Shown: positions 25,676 through 38,400 of the stretch, piece after piece
Layout: each line of letters opens with the position of its first letter
Numbering within the stretch: the first letter of the stretch is position 1
Assembly: GCA_905178155.1 (NCBI GenBank)
Contig: CAJINV010000029.1
Location: forward strand, 9,911 to 62,108
Direction of reading: 5' to 3'
From: Amoebophrya sp. A120
Taxonomy: Eukaryota > Protista > Dinoflagellata
Length of the DNA: 52,198 nucleotides
Translations under genes and position numbers: made by a program
Notes under the pieces: generated by a model
Seen by the model: the letters and a program-made list of their open reading frames with translations, nothing else
Database searches by the model: none
Told to the model about the DNA's origin: nothing

Positions 25676-28600
25676 TCATCCCCGTCCCAGCAGCCCCTCC
25701 GTGTCCGCCGGCAAGCCCTCCCTGCTGTTTCCGGTTGGCGCTTGTCCGACCGGAGGACTATGCAGCCCTTGTTGGTGAGCAAGTGGCGCTAGCAACCTTG
25801 AAGACGCTGCTGAAGCGAGTGGCGTTGTGGATGAAGAGCTCTTTGCGCCGGTGGGCTCGGCACCACTTGGAGTTGCACAAGTAGGGCTTCTGTTCTTTGT
25901 ACTGCTCGGGGCTGTTGTAGCTGCGGCATGAGCAGGAGTGGCCCGCGCTACTGTTCTGATTTCTGGTGGCGTAGCTAGACCAAGCGCATCCCCACCTCGG
26001 ACATCATCGCTGGCGCCTTGTTTCGATTTATTGTCTTTGTCGTTTACTTGTGCGTTCGTACTTGTTGCACCCTCGTCACCCCCGTGAACGGCAGATGGTG
26101 AACCACTTGACACAGGCAGGAGAACGACGGTGCCTCCTGATGTAGTCGGAGCCGCCGGAGCTCCTCTTGTTTTATTTCCTCTGGACGCCGTGCCAGCTGT
26201 TGTCCTCCTCGTCCCGGCTGCTAAAACCGTCAGTGGTTGCAGGATCCGGCGGCCCACCCGAGTCCAGGCACTGCCGGTCGCGCTCCGCCGGGTCGTTATC
26301 AAGGGAGGAGAAGAAGAGGAAGAATTATCTCCAGCGCTTTTGCTTCCCGTGCACGACGAGGAGCTGCCTTTGCTGTGTTGTCTATCCCCAGGAAATTCAG
26401 CTTCGTTGGACAGTGCTGTGACCGTCACTGGTGTCGTCGTAGTGTCCCCAGCACAGGAGGAGTTGTAGTGCCGGCGCTGTGGATCACGATCAGAAAAAGA
26501 CGCAGGAGAAGTGATTCTGTAGTTGTTGTCATTGCTGCCCCGCCCCGGCGGACCATTGATTCGCTGGAGGTGTCCTAGTTGTTCTTGTTTCTCTCCATCT
26601 CCTAGTCCTAGAAATTTTCCTTTACAATTACACAATATGCTGCTTGCACCACCACAACTGCCGGCCGCGTCGCTGGCACTGCAGCTACTTGGTAGAAGTA
26701 TTGCGGTGCGGTTTCTGCAAGCCACGACCGCACTCGGCGATGCTGTCCGGCGCTCGTTTCCGCCGTAGTGATTGCTCTTGCAGCTACGAAGAACATCGTC
26801 AGCGAGCTCCTTTTCAAACTCGTTTAACAGCGCAGCCTCCCGCATAGCTCGCGACGGCTTCTGTGGCTGATCGATGTTGGTCCCCCGCCGGTCCGCAGTG
26901 TTGTCTATGGGACTACACAAAAGCACGATCCAATGGCTACTTCAGTGATTTTTGCAAGACGACCTGTCTTGTTTTCAGAATCAAAAATGCAATTTGTCAA
27001 GCGGATTAAAAATAAAGTAGCAGTACACATGATCTGTGGTCCCCAACCCCATGCATGAGCATGATGGCAAAATAAATTCGCACGAAAAAAATACTTTTGT
27101 GCCGTGTCATATCGTCGGAAGCACCGCGAGTCCAGGGCATTTCCATGGCCAAGCCGGAGCTTGTCGTCCTCAGGCTGTCGTTGCTTTTTTCTAGCAGGTC
27201 AAGTTGCACTTCGCGGTTCAGGATGGAGGTAGTTCTTTGCACGTCGGGTGTTGTTCGAGTAGTGATCAGCCCGAAGTTTTTGTTTCCTACAGAACAACCG
27301 GTAGAAACTGCACAACCCTGAAGGATGTCCTCATCCTCTTTATGGTGGTGTGCTGGTGGTACAACTATGTGTGGCAACAGACGTTCTTTGTTCATCACCT
27401 TGTTTCTTCCCTGCACCAGGATCTTGCTAGTAGTGTGGCTTTGCCGTAGTTGACCAGAAGCTCCTGCTGCTGAAGACGGCGATGCGTACGTGGGTAAGGG
27501 TACTGCGCTGGTCTTCTCTTTTTTCTCGCCGTTGAACTCTCCGTCCTGATCACTGCCAAGTTTGGCCAAGAGCATGTTCGCAAGCAAATCGCCCGGGCTG
27601 GTGCTACTCCGAGTGGTTGTACCCCGCGCAAAGAGTAGCTCTCCCTTGTCTATTTTCGTCCCGTCGGCAACTGTTGCCGAGGCCGCTGGAGCCGCTGCAG
27701 CAGTTTTTTCTTCTCCGCCCCACTGCTCTGTAGCAGTGCCGCTCAATGGCTTCCAAAGAATTTCCGAGCGGTCTTTGCTCGCACTGCGGCGCGTGTTCAA
27801 AAACTCGGCCGCCGTCAATGTTTCCCTGCCTTTCGGCGAAGGTGGCTCTGCTTCATGTGGTCCTTGTTGTCCTCCTGTCGCGGCCAAAACAGCAGTTCCA
27901 CGGGCTTCAGCAAGCGCAACGCACAGGGTCGTTGCACCGCGGAGGTCGAGTCCCGTCTCCACTTTTGTTGACGATGGCGACGACGGATCGCCTTCGCTTG
28001 ACCAATTTATTTTCGTAGAGCAAAAATCCCCCTCCCCCTCGGAAGTAGTAGATCCAGACTGCAGTCGGGACGATCGACTGCTTTTCCGACTGTCGTCGGT
28101 TGGTCGGCTCACAGTGTGGACGGCGCTGCTCGTCCCTCTTTCGCTGTCTGAGAAAACGGCGAGGAAGTCGTCTTCAACCCGCTCTGTTTCATCTTCTGGG
28201 AGCACTTGCATCTGCAAAATAGCGGGAGCCCGAAGACTGGGACTTGCTGGGTTCTTTGCGTCTGAGGCAGAACTACAGCCGGGGCTGCAGCTCAGTGCCT
28301 CGACGGCCCCTGATGAAGATCCATACGTACTAAAACCGGGGCTGTTGAACTGCAGGAGTAGTTTGTTGTTGTGCAACCCCTGCAGGCTTTCGACGCCGCG
28401 CTGCTGCCGTGAATTTTGTATAAGTTGCGAAACAGTATCCGATACTTGTAGTAAAATAATTGCAACACAAATTATAGCTCAGGATGACACATGGAGTTAA
28501 TATTTACATTGCTTGACTTCCGGGTTCTGGTAACGCATACCCCTGGCGACAGGTGACCTTGACAGGCGACCTCGACAGGTGGCCGCGACAGGTGACCTCG

Positions 28601-31600
28601 ACAGGTGACCTCGACAGGTGACCTTGACAGGTGACCGCGACGGGTGAACGCCCTGCCTTCCCCCACTAGTGACTCGCGCACTAAGCCACTATGCGCGCGC
28701 CTGGTGTGAGGCGAGGGGCGGACGCTGTCCGCCCCGATGCCGAACACCCTTCCCCCACTAGTGCTTCGCGCACTGAGCCACCATGCGCGCGCCTGGTGTG
28801 AGGCGAGGGGCGGACGCTGTCCGCCCCGATGCCGAACACCCTTCCCCCACTAGCGCCACTAGGGACGGGCACAAGGCCCCAGCGTGGGGACCCTGTCCCC
28901 ACGCTCGGGTGGGCCTTGTTTGTCATGCTGCGTTATCTAGAAAAGGAGATTTGTCTACTTGCAAATGACTGCGATGATGAGTACGAGTACCGGATTTACT
29001 TCTACACTGGATAGTACTACTTTGCGGCCCGACTTGAACCGACACGACTCCCGCTTCGGCCCTGACCGAACTAGGGGTGATTGGATCCTCCCCAGAAGTG
29101 CTCATAGACGAACCCGGGGAAGACCCTGATCTACTTCCGGAAGACGACAGCGTAGAGGGTTTGTCGGCTGAGGACGTTGAAGATGAAAGGCGCGAGGTAC
29201 TACAACTAGAGCTTGACGTGGCTTCCAGCTCGGCAAGGCTACTGCTTGAAGCCGCCGCAGCGTGGGCCGCGGAGTTCTTGCATCCTGTACCAGCGCCCTG
29301 AAAAGCATCTCTACAATTGCAGCACAAGCGTTCTGCATCACCTTCTACACAAGCTGAATCACGAGGAGCAGCTCTACTTGTACTTCCATCACCCCCGGAA
29401 CCAGGCCATTTGTCGGCAGTTTGATCTTCGCCGCTGTTGTTTTCATACCACGGCTCGCCTTCCGCCACACTGTCCATCGCCCGACTGGCGGAGGAGGACT
29501 TTGACACCAGGCGAAAGTTTGCTGCCGTACTAAGAGCCTCCGACTTCACGGATGGTGAGCATCCTCCAGGACTGGTTGCGTCCGCGCAACTACCGCGGCT
29601 CGTGGCCGTCGTCGCGAGGCTTAACGTTGACATCATTTGCAGTGCCGCGGCTGTTGTACAACTCGAGGCGTCGTCAGAAACATCATGTTCTGCCTCTACA
29701 CGACGACCCTTGTATAGTCGCCGGTCGGGCATGAGAACCGACAAGGGGGAAGATGCTGCCTCAGGTCGCGCCGCGGACGAGGAGGTTTCGCTCTTGATGT
29801 TGGCACCTCCACCAGCTTGAAAATTACCTCTTCCGAAAGGACTCAGCACACCGTCGTCCAGATGATGGTCAACATCTTGGTAGTTGTTCTTGCCAGCTGC
29901 ACAACTAGCTTCCTCTTTATTGTGCAGGAGGTCGTGCTGCGACAAAAATCCAGCAACCGCTCTGTTTGATGTTGTAACAGAACTAGACGTGGTCGGGCTT
30001 GTTGGCTGCGGTGGTTGCATATCTTCACAATCACCAGTTCTTGGTGCTGCATCACATTCGACGTCCCGGTTGTAGTGCAATGTCAACTCCAGTTGATGTT
30101 CGCGGGCCAACATCTTCGTGGCGGTCACGCCGGCCGTACTTGCGCTATCCAAACTTCTTCTGGCAGGCGTTCGATAGTGCGTCGTAAGAACAGGCGAATT
30201 CCCAGACGCGGGCGCTGGAGAGGAAGCATCCCCCGATACTAGTACCGGAGATGGTGCCTTTCCTGGCTGCGAGCTTTGTTGACCATTATCCGTGACAAGG
30301 AGATGCTGCTCAGCGAATGCACTCATCCTGTCGGTGTTGAAGTTCAATGCATTCGAAGCTGGATTGTACCGATTTAGCTGTTGGTCCTCGGGTTCTAAAG
30401 CTGGTGCTGGTGCGTCGCAATTTTTGCTCGAAAAAAAACTCGTGGGCGAGCAGGAACCACCGGACGTGGGGGAAGCGGATGCGGAGTCTGTATCTGCTGG
30501 ACCCGCTACTGTATTGTAGTAAGGGCTGTGGGACTCCGCCGGCCGGTTCTCATCATCATTATTTCCGACTTATCCAATGCAAAAGCATCGTACTCGTATA
30601 AATGCATTACAAATTTTCCCAGCATGAGAAATAAAATTTGTAATGCGGTTTTACCTTAAGAAAAATATTTGTAGTGCAAGACTTGCATTTATACGAGTAC
30701 GATACTTTTGCACAGGATACGACTACAGCAGCTGCAACTTCTATACCGCCTGGTAAGCGGTTACGATTTCCCGTTGGTCTTTTTATGTTCGCGCTCCCAC
30801 CAGCACCATGCGGATCATGTCTCCTGCTTCTACCTAGCGAGGACCGGGAATTTGGAATTTGCACCTGCAGCATGGGGTTCGCGAGGCGGCGTCGCGCGGC
30901 GATCATGGTAGTTTGGTTTGTTGATTCTGTTCTAATGCTAATGCGGGACGACGTGCAGTTGTCTTGGTTTTCGTTTTCATCTCCTAGACGACCCTCGTCA
31001 CGATCAATGCATCTAGTTGATTTCCTTGGGTGCGGGCGGTCGCAAAGGGCTGCAGCGAGAGAACTACACGCGGCGGCGTTATCATTCGCCCGGTTCGTAG
31101 TGCCGAACATCGTTCCAAAACTCTGGTACAGTCCCCGGCTCCCCCCTTCCTGCGCCACGAAAGGCGCCTCCTTGTCGTCGTCATTCTGCGCTAGAAATTC
31201 CACACGCTCGTTTATCCTGCGTAAAAACGTCCCCACCCCATAGTCAAGATGGGGATCTCGCAACACAAATCGAGCAGCTTTGGGAATCAAGCATGACAAG
31301 TTCCTCTCTGTAGTGTCGTGCGGTTTAGCAAGTACAGCCGCAAGACAAATCCATCTACTCATCCTGCTTACAGCATCACAAAGTCCAAAACACGATTGGA
31401 AATGGCTCTCATGGGGTTGCGCATTACAAATCTTCCTGTAGCTGCAAATCTGCATGACAACTATGGGGTGGGGACGTTTTTCCTCAGGATATTGTTCCCA
31501 ACGCCATCATCTCTATCTGCCCGTACTGTGACCGGATCATCCGCATCCGGTCTTGCTGCTCTACCGACGTAGTTCTGCTCTTTGGTAAAACCACGGGAAA

Positions 31601-32336
31601 GACCGTCTTGCAGAAAGACTTCACGGAAGATTACCTCCGCACGAGAATCTGCTTCACTGGAGGAAACCGGCACTGCAGAGTAGTATGTTGTACTACTTGC
31701 TGCCCCTGTAGGCGATGCGGGTGGCGCGGTGGATGCTGACCGTGCTAAGAAATCATGGTCGGACTTCGGTGTGGTCCGCGTGTCAGGCTGGTTGTCTTCT
31801 CCATGTCCATTGCGTTGTGCGCTGGAGGTAAATAAATCCAAATCTTCTCCCGGCCGCGCAGGAAAATCGTGGCGCGCCAGTTCTTCTCGCAGTGATGTCA
31901 TTGCTTTACTTTCACTACTAGTAGAACGCGGCACTTTTTCATGGACAAGAACAGGCGGCACTACTGCTGCTGCTGCTCCTGCGCCACTTCTCGTGCTGCT
32001 ACTGCCGCTAACCAAATTCCTCCCGCCACGAGCACGACCCGGGCCGTTTCTTGGAAAAAGCCCAGCTGGCTTTGGGTTGGCCGGCGATTGGATTCTAGTA
32101 CCTATTTCAGCTGCCGACCAGGAGGCGGCTGCAGTAGAGAAAGGTAGAAACTGAAGGAAAAATACGCATCGCATCGACGTCCTCTTCGCTTCTAAGATAG
32201 CCCGCCAGCACCTCTGGACGTGGCGACCATCTATTGCGGCCATTGCAACAGAAGGAGTGCAACCCAAGCAGGAATATACTCTCTCTGGCCGCGTTGTATT
32301 GCGACAGGTGCGAGACGACGGTAGCCAATAGGCCAA
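25676..32336 (-). CDS. Gene 4: low-complexity, probably secreted protein (~1750-1800 aa), 4 introner-like introns; paralog of gene 6
   Basis: Five ORFs join in frame (5412 nt) after removing 31213-31491, 30571-30719, 28419-29013 and 26906-27111 (+5). Likely ATG at 32174 (MRCVFFLQFLPFSTAAASWSAA, signal-peptide-like). Confidence 0.85.
26906..27111. mobile_element. Degenerate introner-like element
   Basis: TATGGGACTACACAAAAG / CTTTTGTGCCGTGTCATA; TSD TTGTC/TCGTC; frame restored. Confidence 0.8.
28548..28651 (+). repeat. 13-bp minisatellite (GACAGGTGACCTC) x8
   Basis: Eight consecutive units read directly. Confidence 0.95.
28656..28853 (+). repeat. 92-bp tandem repeat x2.15, each unit with a 9-bp-stem hairpin
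   Basis: Units start at 28656, 28748 and 28840; hairpin GGGGCGGAC-GCT-GTCCGCCCC. Confidence 0.93.
30571..30719. mobile_element. Introner-like element, family C
   Basis: C-type TIR; TSD CGACT perfect; very similar to 10761. Confidence 0.93.
31213..31491. mobile_element. Introner-like element, family D (inverted relative to 8078)
   Basis: D-type TIR; TSD TCGTT/TTGTT. Confidence 0.9.
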
Positions 32337-33152
32337 TGTTGACTACTTAGTCGGCTGTCGAAAGTGTTCCCGCTTTAGTTGAGGATGTGAAGTTCGTGAT
32401 TCGAAAGCGAAGTCCGGAAATTTGTACTTCATAACAGGAAAAAAAACGAAAACTCAGTTGTCAAGAGCTGCATTTTGAAGCTCGTCTTTCTCCGAACACG
32501 AGGTACAAAAGCCGCCAGCAGACGTGAAGTGATGGCTATGGAAATCATGTTCTAAATACCACTTGTGAACGAATTGATTTTAATTCGCATGCTATGTGAA
32601 ACTACGTTTTGAATACGTGTGGTTCATCTGCTCTGTGAATTCTAGAGCCCACAGCTCCGGTCCTACCGACGAGATGATGCAGCTTCGGTAACAGGGAGCA
32701 CTTGAATCTGCACCCGGAAAAAGAAGTGCAAAAATGTAGTAGAAAAAACTTCTTTATGTCGCTTTTCGTTTTGCAAACAGCAGTCGGCTTTTCCATTTTG
32801 CAGACACTAATACCATAGTTTTCACCGCCGAAAACGGACGAATGTTGATATCAATATTGACCAAAACGGTTCTAAAAATGATATAAACAAATTAATTCTG
32901 CAAAATTTTTTGATTTTTTCTTGAAAACATCCAGGCATCAAAGATGTACAAAACGAAGTAGATGAACAGAGACCGGGCCTAACGCCAAGTGTGGTCATAT
33001 ATTTGTTTTGTAGGGCTTCCTGCAAAGTACTCACAGGAGCTAAGAAGCCAAGTTTTAGATATGATTCATTTCCTCCACATGAGAATAGACTAGTAATACC
33101 CGCCGAACGCAATTAAGGTCCCCGCGAGGTGGACGACTACCCTACTAGATTT

Positions 33153-36100
33153 TCACGCCTTTGTATCGCACAGAAAAAGCTCTTTCACTGTGACAACGTT
33201 AGAGCAGATCGCGCGGTGATCCCAACTTGAACTTTCGATCGATACAAAGAATTTCTATCTGGTCTCTGTAGCTGCTTTGGAGGGGCAAAAGCAAAATAAC
33301 CGTTTCCTAAAAATTCGAAAGCAGTAGCCACAGAGACAAATTTTCTTGTTGTGATACAACTATACTCTCCTGCGTGCTAGAATTTCAAAGTGAAACAGTT
33401 TTTTTCTGTGCGATAGCCCAACCATCGTGCCCGCTCCAAGGGCGGTTCCGGTCCTGCGGTGCGCGTGTTCTTATGACATGCAAATATGTCTGGGTCTGGA
33501 AACTTGTAATGCTGAGTTGTGAATAGTGAGTGCTCTGTAATGCACAGCCAAGCACGATAAATATTTGCGCGGCTACTTAGTGTTGCGCTTTCCGCATGAC
33601 AAACTGCGTTTTGCGTGACAAGTAAAAGGGTCTCTTCTTGGACACGCATGACAAACTCTTCAGTCATGCCAGACAAGCATGACAAACTTGCCAATGCGAT
33701 ATCCCAACCATCGTGCCCGGTCCAAGGGCGGTTCTGGTCCTGCGGTGCGTGATCTCCGAGTGCTCGTCTGCTCCTCCGCCTGTGTTGCTATGAATTGCAA
33801 AAGTATCCTATCGCACTCGTATAAATGCATTACAAATTTCGTCAGCATGAGAAATAAAACTTGTAATGCGGATTTATCTCAACAAAAGGATTTGTAATGC
33901 ATGACTGCAATACGAGTACGATACTTTTGCACAGGATAGTTGCTGCACGAGGACCATTGCTAGCACCATGCTGATCCAAGGGCGGTTCTGGTCCTGCGGT
34001 GCGTGATCTCCGAGTGCTTGTCTGCTCCTGCGCCGGTGTTGCTGCACGAGGATCATTGCTACCACCTCCACGCGGGGACGATGCTCTTGCCACAGTGCGC
34101 GAGGACTGCGACGGCGGCTCGGGGCCCGGAGTTCTCCGAGACGAGTGTCTGTTGATTTTTTCCGCATGAAAAGTTGTGCCGTGCGGGGAAATTGTAGCCG
34201 GATGGTGTGACGAAGAAGAAGTAGTTGCGGGCATAACTACACCGTCAAACCCATACCGATCTGGCGCCTCTTGTTGCTCGCGATGATTTGGGATTCCAGA
34301 TCGAAAAGCGGCAGAAACAGAAGGCGCCATGTTCATCCAGGCCCTAGCGGTACTATCACCGGGCTGCAGCTGCTGCTCCGCTGTTGTACTACTAGTACCG
34401 TGCTGGCCACCCTGCTGCTGCACATCTGTAGTGGTTGTCAGTGCTGCAGCAGTCGCTTGCTCGCTGACAGTTGTGGTGCGGCGCTGGCAGAAGCTCCGGA
34501 TGGGATTGGTGCGGCGAAGCGGATTGATGCCTGACGGATTGTTTGTCCTCGACGAAGATGTTTATCAAACGCGAATATATCTGACTGTGGAAGCTTGTGA
34601 TGCTGATTGGTCATTATTGAACCGCCTTGGCCTTCCTCGTGCAGCCAGGCATTACAAATATTTTGGGCGCTTTTGCATGAGCTTGCGTAGCGCGCATTAC
34701 AAACTGTGTTCTTACACAACACACACGGTCCTCGCGCTTCTATTCGTCATGCTCATGCAACACAGATTTTGTAAGAATTATCCAAGACATGAAATACAAG
34801 TTCAACACTTTTTCAGACCCAGAAATCTTTGCATTTGATAGTGGTGTGTTGACAGCGGAGGTTGAAGATGATGCCACTGCAGATGTAGATGCTGACGCTC
34901 CTGCAGAACAACAAGTGGGTAGCAAACCGCTTCGCAAGGTCCCCGTTGGAACTGGTACCGCACTGGTGATTCGTAGCAAGGCATTGCCCGTCGGATGTGA
35001 CATTGTAGGTGCTTGTCTTCTCGTCGGTGCCAGCATGACTAGTGGATGTAATGCAGTTCGGCCACTCGCAGGACGTTGCGGTGTCGGGATTGAGGACGGG
35101 GGGAGGCGAGCAGAAGCGGGGGCTGCATTTGCATTATTTGCGGGGGCCGAACTAGAACTCCCGTTGCTGTTCATCCTTGGGTGTGCTGGTGTTTTGGAAG
35201 AGGTCGACCACGTGTTGCAACCGCTGGAAGTAGATGTTGGTGCTGCTCCACCTCCTCCTGGTCTTTCGAGTCTCCCGTCACCTCGTCCTGCAAGCGTCGT
35301 TTGCAACGGCGCTGCTTCCTGTTCCGCCCGGGAAATAAAGTTGCTTCCCCGCTGGTCTCTAAAAGGCGCTGCCCTGGCGTGCGTTTGGTTGGACCACCCA
35401 CGCACCCACGGAAATTCCTGGTCAAGGTAGTCATCCAAGTCGTCAAAGTGTGGGAGTGTGTATGCATTGCATTTGCAAAAGCGTTCTTGTACAACTTCTA
35501 CAGCAATTAAATGCACAACTTGCATCATAATTTTTTTCAGAATTGGAATATGGATTTTGTGATGCAGATTCCGGTAAGAAAAAACCATCTGTCATGCACG
35601 ATTGCAATGTGCGAGTTGTACACAACTATTTTGCATAGGATAGTGTCTCGTCGCTTTTCGACTGCATCGCCACTTCAAACCGACGCTGGCGCTCTTTCCA
35701 AGGCAGACTATCGCAAGAAAAAACTGCTTCACTGTGACCTTGTGATGCAGAAAATGGATCACAGAGGTGTGTGTCATGCTACACATGCAAGACAATGGAT
35801 TTCTAGCTGTGTTTTCCCTTAGGGACCCCGCATGACAGATTTTCAGTGTCATGCGTAACAAACTTGTGATGCAGATTTTGCACAACCACCACAGTGAAAC
35901 AGTTCTTTCGTGGGATACAAACGGTCCGGCAAATAATCCTCGTACCAAGGGAGAGTCGGCTCTTCACGCGGGTTACTGTTGCTAGTATCGCCGGAGGAGG
36001 AGCTGCTGGTGGTTCCAGATGATCCTGATTCATATGAAGCTGGCTGCACGAAAGAAGTTGACGTGTCCGTACTAGTTGCTTGTCTTGAACTACCGACGAG

Positions 36101-36613
36101 TTCTTGAGCGCTTTGTTCCTCGTCCTTTTCACTTGTGCTTTTCTCTGGTGGAAGTACATGCGCAGTTCTGGGAACAAGAGGTCTCGGGTCTGGGCCCGGC
36201 GGTGGAAATTGCGAACAAACTGCAAGAACAGTGGTGCTAGCAACACGACTGCACGGAGGTGGACTAGGGCTGGCAGAGCTAGTACCGCTGCTTGCTGTAC
36301 TTCTAAATTTCGACAAAACACGTATACTTCTTGGAAATGCGTGAGGGCTGCGGCCTGATTCTACTCCCCGTTGTGATTCTTGTAGTACTGCCACCAGCTC
36401 TGACTCATCCACGCTGGCAGCGCGACTGCTTCCTGCCGAAGACGGCGAGGTTGTTGCCAAGAAGCTGCTTTTGCCTGGTGTCGTCCAACTACACGAAAGA
36501 AGAGCTATTGAGAAGATGTAGATCCGCGAGAATGTAGCGGATGTGGACCACGTTGAGGGCGCCGGATAGAACGTAGCCGGAACTACACCAGGGTGCCGAC
36601 GTGAGCTCGCCAT
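33153..36613 (-). CDS. Gene 5: low-complexity protein (~709 aa) with N-terminal hydrophobic segment and C-terminal RTAGPEPPL repeats, 6 introner-like introns
   Basis: 2130 nt in frame after removing six elements (+5). Ends RARWLGA*, matching the DPWLGA* end of gene 6. Confidence 0.8.
33164..33415. mobile_element. Introner-like element, family E (decayed interior)
   Basis: TATCGCACAGAAAAAGCTCTTTCACT / AGTGAAACAGTTTTTTTCTGTGCGATA; no TSD; removal gives the WLGA* terminus. Confidence 0.8.
33472..33701. mobile_element. Family A element with replaced or truncated right end
   Basis: Left A-type TIR; right end ...CAATGCGATA lacks the A TIR; no TSD; frame restored. Confidence 0.8.
33789..33938. mobile_element. 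Introner-like element, family C
   Basis: C-type TIR; TSD GTTGC perfect; empty site in the repeat unit at 34038-34042. Confidence 0.95.
34563..34840. mobile_element. Introner-like element, family A (diverged)
   Basis: Degenerate A TIR; TSD ATGTT/GTGGT; frame restored. Confidence 0.85.
35461..35642. mobile_element. Introner-like element, C-like
   Basis: TATG..TGCAAAAGCGTTCTTGTACAACT / AGTTGTACACAACTATTTTGCATAGGATA; TSD GTGTG/GTGTC. Confidence 0.85.
35709..35917. mobile_element. Introner-like element, family E
   Basis: E-type TIR; same 209-bp length as 7430; TSD CAGAC/CAAAC. Confidence 0.92.
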
Positions 36614-37049
36614 TTCTTTGAGAATGGCCGTCGTGCTGTCACCCCGTATTTGACTGGACGGGAAAGCGAAAGCGTATGGTGCGCGGAAGTTGGGCTAAAA
36701 AACGGAACGCAGGCGAGCCGCGGAAAGCAAAACCATTTACGGCTTCTGTCTGGGCCGGATGATCATTCGCAGTAGTACATGTGCCATAGCAATACTGCGT
36801 CTGAGGAATAGGCCATGTGGTTCAGATGGAGCCTAGAGTAGAAGAACATAAAGAGCACACCAGTATATTCATAAACATATTTCTGGCCCTGGCGGCGGCA
36901 AGACCGCGAAGACGTTGAGATGCGAGAGTTTTGAACGCAGACTTCAGCAGCCTCGCCACCACGCTTTCCATGGGAGATGAGCGGATGTAAATCTAAACCC
37001 ACAACTGCGCCAAGTGCCACATTTAGCCTCTATAATCTGGAGACAACAC

Positions 37050-38400
37050 AAAGCGAAAGATCGCCCCGCGTCGCTTTTGTCAGGCGAACTGCCCGCATGC
37101 AGATGCGAGCGCCGCCCAGGAAAGCGAAACGGCCACTCGGCCAGTGCGACGTCGCATGTGCTGGGGCCCACCACTAGCACAGACGCAGACGCGCCACAAA
37201 GACATTTTGGGCCAACCCCGCCGCCGCCGGCTTCGTTTCTTTCTTTGGAGGCCGGAAAGGCAGGGCGGGCCGGGGCAAACGCGGCAGGCACGCCCCCCCC
37301 TGGGGCGACGGGGCGGGCGCTAGGTAGCTGCGCGCCCCGGCGGCGGACATGGTGCGCCCGGCCGGCCCTAAGGGCGGGCAATGGCGGAAAACCAACCCCC
37401 GCCCGGCGTCACACGGACGGGCGGGGGCCACACACAGACACCACCAGCCGGCGCGGCGCCGAAAACCGGCGGGCCGCCTGCGCGCCCGCGAGCCAACGCG
37501 CCGCGCGAGGGTGTTACGCCGAACCCGCACCGCCGCCCTTTTGCCCCCCGTCGTTTGCCGGCAATGCGCTCGGCTTTTTCTTCGTAGTGCCTGCCGCGCC
37601 CCTGCGCTCCGCGTCATACTCTCGCTCTTCGGCCGGGCAGGGTCCCCCGCCTTCTGCCATATTGCCTCCAGCTCCGCCGCGCCGCCGTCTCCGACCGCCA
37701 CACCGGGTGCCCGGTCTAGAAATAGGCGGAAACACCCGCACAGACTTGGAAAGGGAGGGCGCTGGAATGAAGGGCATAAACGTCACAGCCGGCAAGCGGC
37801 ACGACCCGAGGCCGGCGCCAGCGCCGGGCGGCGTGCGCGCACACTACAAACCCCGGCCCCTTTGCGTATCCTTCGAAGAAGTTGGTCGGGAGAAATGCTC
37901 GAGGCGCCCAACATGAAGATAGTGACGCCCGTACCAAGCCGGGGCCGGGGGCGGGCACGTGGCGGCGCGCCGGTGTGACGCGGGCGGATTGGAAACGGCG
38001 GGGGCCTGCGGGCCGTCGCCTCCTTCCGCCGTTGGCTAGGCCGCGCCCCCCTGCCGGCGGGCCCTTCTTCGCATCGGCCAAACCATGCGCCCCCAGATCG
38101 GGCAATACATGGCCCAGCTCCACTCTGGCCCAGCTCCACGCCGGTCCGGCTCTGCCCTGGCCCAACTCCTTGCGCGCGCCCCCGTAAGCGGCCGCTCATC
38201 AGTACCAGCGTGACTCCTTGCGGCGCTTCGGCTCCGGGTCTTCCCCCGCCGTTGGAGAAGAGCGGCCCCCGCCTTTGGCTCCGTCTCCCGATAGGTAGCG
38301 ACCGCCCGCGGGGCGTCGTTCCCTGAGAATCCACAAGCAGGGCCCTGAGCATGGCTCTCCCAAGGGCCAGACGCTGCTGCTGGTGCGGCGTTGAATATCG
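37050..38400. other. Very GC-rich intergenic island upstream of gene 5
   Basis: Same compositional shift; boundaries approximate. Confidence 0.7.

Larger units (their letters stand above)
28419..29013. mobile_element. Degenerate C-like introner carrying a nested repeat-rich insertion
   Basis: TATA...GATA ends with residual C-type TIR; TSD lost; element+5 restores the gene 4 frame. Confidence 0.7.
33416..34060 (-). repeat. Coding repeat RTAGPEPPL(D/E) x3 in gene 5
   Basis: CCAAGGGCGGTTCYGGTCCTGCGGTGCG at about 33436, 33722 and 33976. Confidence 0.9.

Noticed and set aside
27562-28500. 312-aa plus-strand ORF and similar antisense ORFs
   Set aside because: Antisense shadows of the minus-strand exons.
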